A stretch of DNA of 64,000 nt from a virus (lineage: Duplodnaviria; Caudoviricetes), in IMG/VR virus record IMGVR_UViG_3300031555_004524, positions 96,001-160,000 of that record; one strand, given 5' to 3'. Within the stretch, counting starts at the first letter, position 1. Each line of letters opens with the position of its first letter. A program made the position numbers and the translations under genes. The notes under the pieces were generated by a model. The model was not told the DNA's origin. It worked only from the letters and a program-made list of their open reading frames with translations, and made no database searches. Below are positions 60,949-64,000 of this stretch, one piece after another.

Positions 60949-61329
60949 TTATTTTCGAGCTACTTTATATTTTTCTGATAATGCAGCAATATCTACTTTA
61001 TGTATGCATGATTCATCTACAACAATAACAATTTCATCTTCTTCAAAAATACCATAATGCTCAATAACGTTATCAATAGCTTCTTCTATTGATATTATTT
61101 TTTGATCATTAATATATTTTTCTAAATTGTTAGAGTATTCAATTAAACATGGGGAATATTCATCTTCTCTATGAATATCTACTTTATCTACTGTATATCC
61201 CATAATCTGTTCTTGGTATTCAGTAATTTTTTCTAATTCATTAAATGCTATATGGTTTTTTGTTAATCCACGAATACCTAAACCATAATTAGCATCTGAT
61301 TCTAATAAAAAATTTATTGTGTTTGACAT
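60949..61329 (-). CDS. Hypothetical protein
   Basis: 126 aa, AAGGAGG RBS. Confidence 0.75.
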   Translation of the reverse strand: MSNTINFLLESDANYGLGIRGLTKNHIAFNELEKITEYQEQIMGYTVDKVDIHREDEYSPCLIEYSNNLEKYINDQKIISIEEAIDNVIEHYGIFEEDEIVIVVDESCIHKVDIAALSEKYKVARK

Positions 61330-61358
61330 GGCTAGTCAACCTCCTTTCTTCATTTATT

Positions 61359-62195
61359 CTAATGTTTATTTTTGTACTCATTAGAGGACTTTTCAGGTAG
61401 AGAAGCATATGATTTCTGTTTTAATTCAGAAATTCTTCTACATAGGACAGTCTCTATATCTTGCATTGTAGGTAAATTGTATAGGCCTCCCCCTGAGTCT
61501 CCAGGAAGCTGAATGGCTAATGGATTCATTTCTAATATAGAAAGCTCATACTTTTCATCAAACGTTAAAGTACGTTGTTTCATCTTTTCAATTTTATCCA
61601 TTACTTCCATAGGTATCCATTCTCCATACATTTCTATGAATCCTTCATAGTTACCCATCACTTTATCTAACGGAATAAATAGGTATTGTTGGTGAACTAA
61701 TTCGTGCACTGTTTCTGCTAATGGTATTATTCCTACTAATAAATAGTAATGAATATACATTACTTCTTTAGCTACTAATTCAACTTCAATACTTTCATGA
61801 TAGAATAATCTCTTTTCTATTACGGTAACTACTATATCATGTAGAGTAAAAGGAGAATGATGTAATTCTATTCTAATTTTGAAAGTATCTGTATTAGTAA
61901 CATTTTTTAAAAATGCACATTTATCCATACTCATATTTTCTCTTAAATAGTTCACAAATCGACGATATTCCCTAGAGCTCCGTATTACTCGTTTAATATC
62001 TTCGACATATTTTTTATAATCTTTTTCTTCATATATATCATAATCCTGCGTGTCATACTCAGGAAGATTATTTAATACTATTATATCGTTATAATACGTA
62101 TTATTTTGTAATTGATTGTTTTTGGGAATTTCAGGTAGATATGATTTACTATCTTCGATTTTAGTAAATAACCTGACAAGATTTTTATCACTCAA
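61359..62195 (-). CDS. HNH-like fold protein, paralogue of 50567-51277
   Basis: C...IELHH...IPLAETVHELVH; TTG start with GGAGGG RBS; late promoter 62223-62234. Confidence 0.65.
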   Translation of the reverse strand: MSDKNLVRLFTKIEDSKSYLPEIPKNNQLQNNTYYNDIIVLNNLPEYDTQDYDIYEEKDYKKYVEDIKRVIRSSREYRRFVNYLRENMSMDKCAFLKNVTNTDTFKIRIELHHSPFTLHDIVVTVIEKRLFYHESIEVELVAKEVMYIHYYLLVGIIPLAETVHELVHQQYLFIPLDKVMGNYEGFIEMYGEWIPMEVMDKIEKMKQRTLTFDEKYELSILEMNPLAIQLPGDSGGGLYNLPTMQDIETVLCRRISELKQKSYASLPEKSSNEYKNKH

Positions 62196-62290
62196 TATAT
62201 TGTTCCCTCCTATTTAATTAATTATCGATTTGTTGATTTTATAATATTTGGATAACTTCATAATAAGATATTAAAAAGAGAGGTATTTTT

Positions 62291-63037
62291 ATGAAATTAA
62301 AAGATGATAAAACTACATATAGACCATATAATCGTAAATTTAAAGATCATAAATTAGAATGTATAGATAATATGGGAAATGGATCAAAATATTTATTTAG
62401 TGGAACTATAACTGGAGATACTGAAAATATAAGTGTGATGCTAACAAGTGGATATCCAGATTTTGGTGATGAATATACTAATAATTTTATCATATCTATT
62501 GATGATTTATTTAAATTGAAAGATATGATCATTTCAATAGAAGAAGAATATAATGATTATTTAACTTGTATATGTAATATAAATGATTGTTATACTGAAT
62601 TGCATAATTATATAAAATATGGTATAGTTGATCATATTGTATTGGAAAAATTGGATGGTTCTTATCCTAATTATCATGAAGAATTATATACAATATTTAA
62701 AATTACTCCTAAATTTATACCTGATTTATCTTCTAAAGATATAGATATTACTGTAAATATTGGATTTAATTTTATAGACTGTTTTCATATAATTCCAACT
62801 GATAAAAGTATAGGTGAATTTTTACGTAAAATAGTTGGAGAAGATGGTGGAGATATTAATATAAAATTTATAAATTATGATATATCTAAAGAAGCAGAAA
62901 AATATAAACAAAGAATGTTAAAAGAGTTAGATGAATATAATTCACACAAAAGAAGAATACCTACAGCAGAAGAAAGAAAAGAAATGGAAAAAATGTTACA
63001 TGATATGAGAAAAAAGACAAATAATAACCCAGTATAG
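62291..63037 (+). CDS. Hypothetical protein
   Basis: 248 aa, GAGAGG RBS, late-type promoter 62254-62265. Confidence 0.7.
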   Translation: MKLKDDKTTYRPYNRKFKDHKLECIDNMGNGSKYLFSGTITGDTENISVMLTSGYPDFGDEYTNNFIISIDDLFKLKDMIISIEEEYNDYLTCICNINDCYTELHNYIKYGIVDHIVLEKLDGSYPNYHEELYTIFKITPKFIPDLSSKDIDITVNIGFNFIDCFHIIPTDKSIGEFLRKIVGEDGGDINIKFINYDISKEAEKYKQRMLKELDEYNSHKRRIPTAEERKEMEKMLHDMRKKTNNNPV

Positions 63038-63060
63038 TATTTTACTATACTGGGTTAATT

Positions 63061-63978
63061 TTATTCAAATTCTTCTTCAGATATTATTTCATCTATTTCA
63101 TCATAATAATCATCAGATTCAATATAATCATCTTCGTAGTATGAATTTTCTATATTTGAAGAATTATTATGATAATTTGAACCATCAAAATATTTATTAT
63201 AATTTTCATATATATTATATCCAGAAGTTCTAAATAAATTAAAATATCCTATTGTGTCATTATCTTTCATATGTATATTCATAGCCCAATTCCAAATATT
63301 ATCATAACTACAATGATACATACAATCATCTAATCTCATAGTCAATAATATTACACTTCCTGATATTGGATGATATATATAATTTGGTAAATTTTTTAAT
63401 TCTAAATAAGAACTATATGAATATAGCATTGTAATTGTTGATAAGTTCATTATTTCTATAATATTATCTTGTATTATTTCTCGTGGTATTTCTAGTAAAT
63501 TTTCAAATACAAATTCCATATGATCAAATTCTAAAATAGTTAAAACTGATGTTTCATGGTTATATCGTTTTAATGCTGTTTTATAATCTTTATATGGAGA
63601 TATATTTTTAATATATTTATCAGTTGCATCATAAAAATTATAATTATTTTCTATTGCAAAATCATTTTCTGATAATAAATTATATCTGATTAATAAATCC
63701 CAACCATCTGATGGTAAAGTAGTAATTAAATCAAATATTCTTGGTATAATATTATTGTCTGAATTTCTATATTTCAATATCAAATTTTCATAATCTATTA
63801 TTCTTCCAGATATATATAATCTAGTTGTATTGTATTGATCTAATATGGTCATATATCTAAAATTAATATTTGTTGATTTTAAGAATGAGATATGATTATG
63901 TACATATTCTCCATTTTCTAATGTAAATTCCATTACAATATTAGAAAATAATCTGCATAATTCACTAGTATCATACAT
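63061..63978 (-). CDS. Hypothetical protein with acidic tail
   Basis: 305-aa ORF converging on a hairpin at ~63024-63057. Confidence 0.65.
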   Translation of the reverse strand: MYDTSELCRLFSNIVMEFTLENGEYVHNHISFLKSTNINFRYMTILDQYNTTRLYISGRIIDYENLILKYRNSDNNIIPRIFDLITTLPSDGWDLLIRYNLLSENDFAIENNYNFYDATDKYIKNISPYKDYKTALKRYNHETSVLTILEFDHMEFVFENLLEIPREIIQDNIIEIMNLSTITMLYSYSSYLELKNLPNYIYHPISGSVILLTMRLDDCMYHCSYDNIWNWAMNIHMKDNDTIGYFNLFRTSGYNIYENYNKYFDGSNYHNNSSNIENSYYEDDYIESDDYYDEIDEIISEEEFE

Positions 63979-64000
63979 AGTATATCTATTTGTATATATA

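Noticed and set aside
63061-63978. ThyX-like flavin-dependent thymidylate synthase
   Set aside because: Only a faint TRLYISG resemblance; no RHR...S..SQR signature
1-64000. tRNA, tmRNA or rRNA genes
   Set aside because: No cloverleaf with a GTTCRA T-arm or rRNA-like GC-rich segment was recognised in the intergenic regions

Overview
Very AT-rich, gene-dense segment of a jumbo bacteriophage of the AR9/PBS1-phiKZ-like group, mostly on the minus strand. It has two split multisubunit RNA polymerase beta' genes, type II topoisomerase A/B, DnaB- and RecD/Dda-like helicases, SbcD, RNase H, ThyA, guanylate kinase and virion/baseplate genes. GGAGG Shine-Dalgarno sites and a Clostridia-type ThyA suggest a Firmicutes host (inference). 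The main finding is an RNA-guided TIGR-Tas-like locus between gyrB and gyrA. It has a 584-aa IS110/Nop-domain protein with no recognisable nuclease and a ~255-aa unknown insertion, flanked by two 36-nt dual-repeat (9+9+9+9) arrays. A third, orphan array lies 22 kb away. The repeats (AATGAATTA / ATATAGTTA on the minus strand) differ from the TG...CCA type I recall for described TIGR arrays. Other findings: two phage promoter motifs readable from sequence (TATATTAT-N4-RTG and HACW-N6-TA), five tandem promoter-to-terminator small-RNA cassettes, further structured non-coding RNAs, a group I intron with an HNH ORF splitting the RNAP catalytic AA/DFDGD motif, and an unannotated orphan HicA-like toxin with an ATT start. 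All family calls come from motif recognition by eye; no searches were run.
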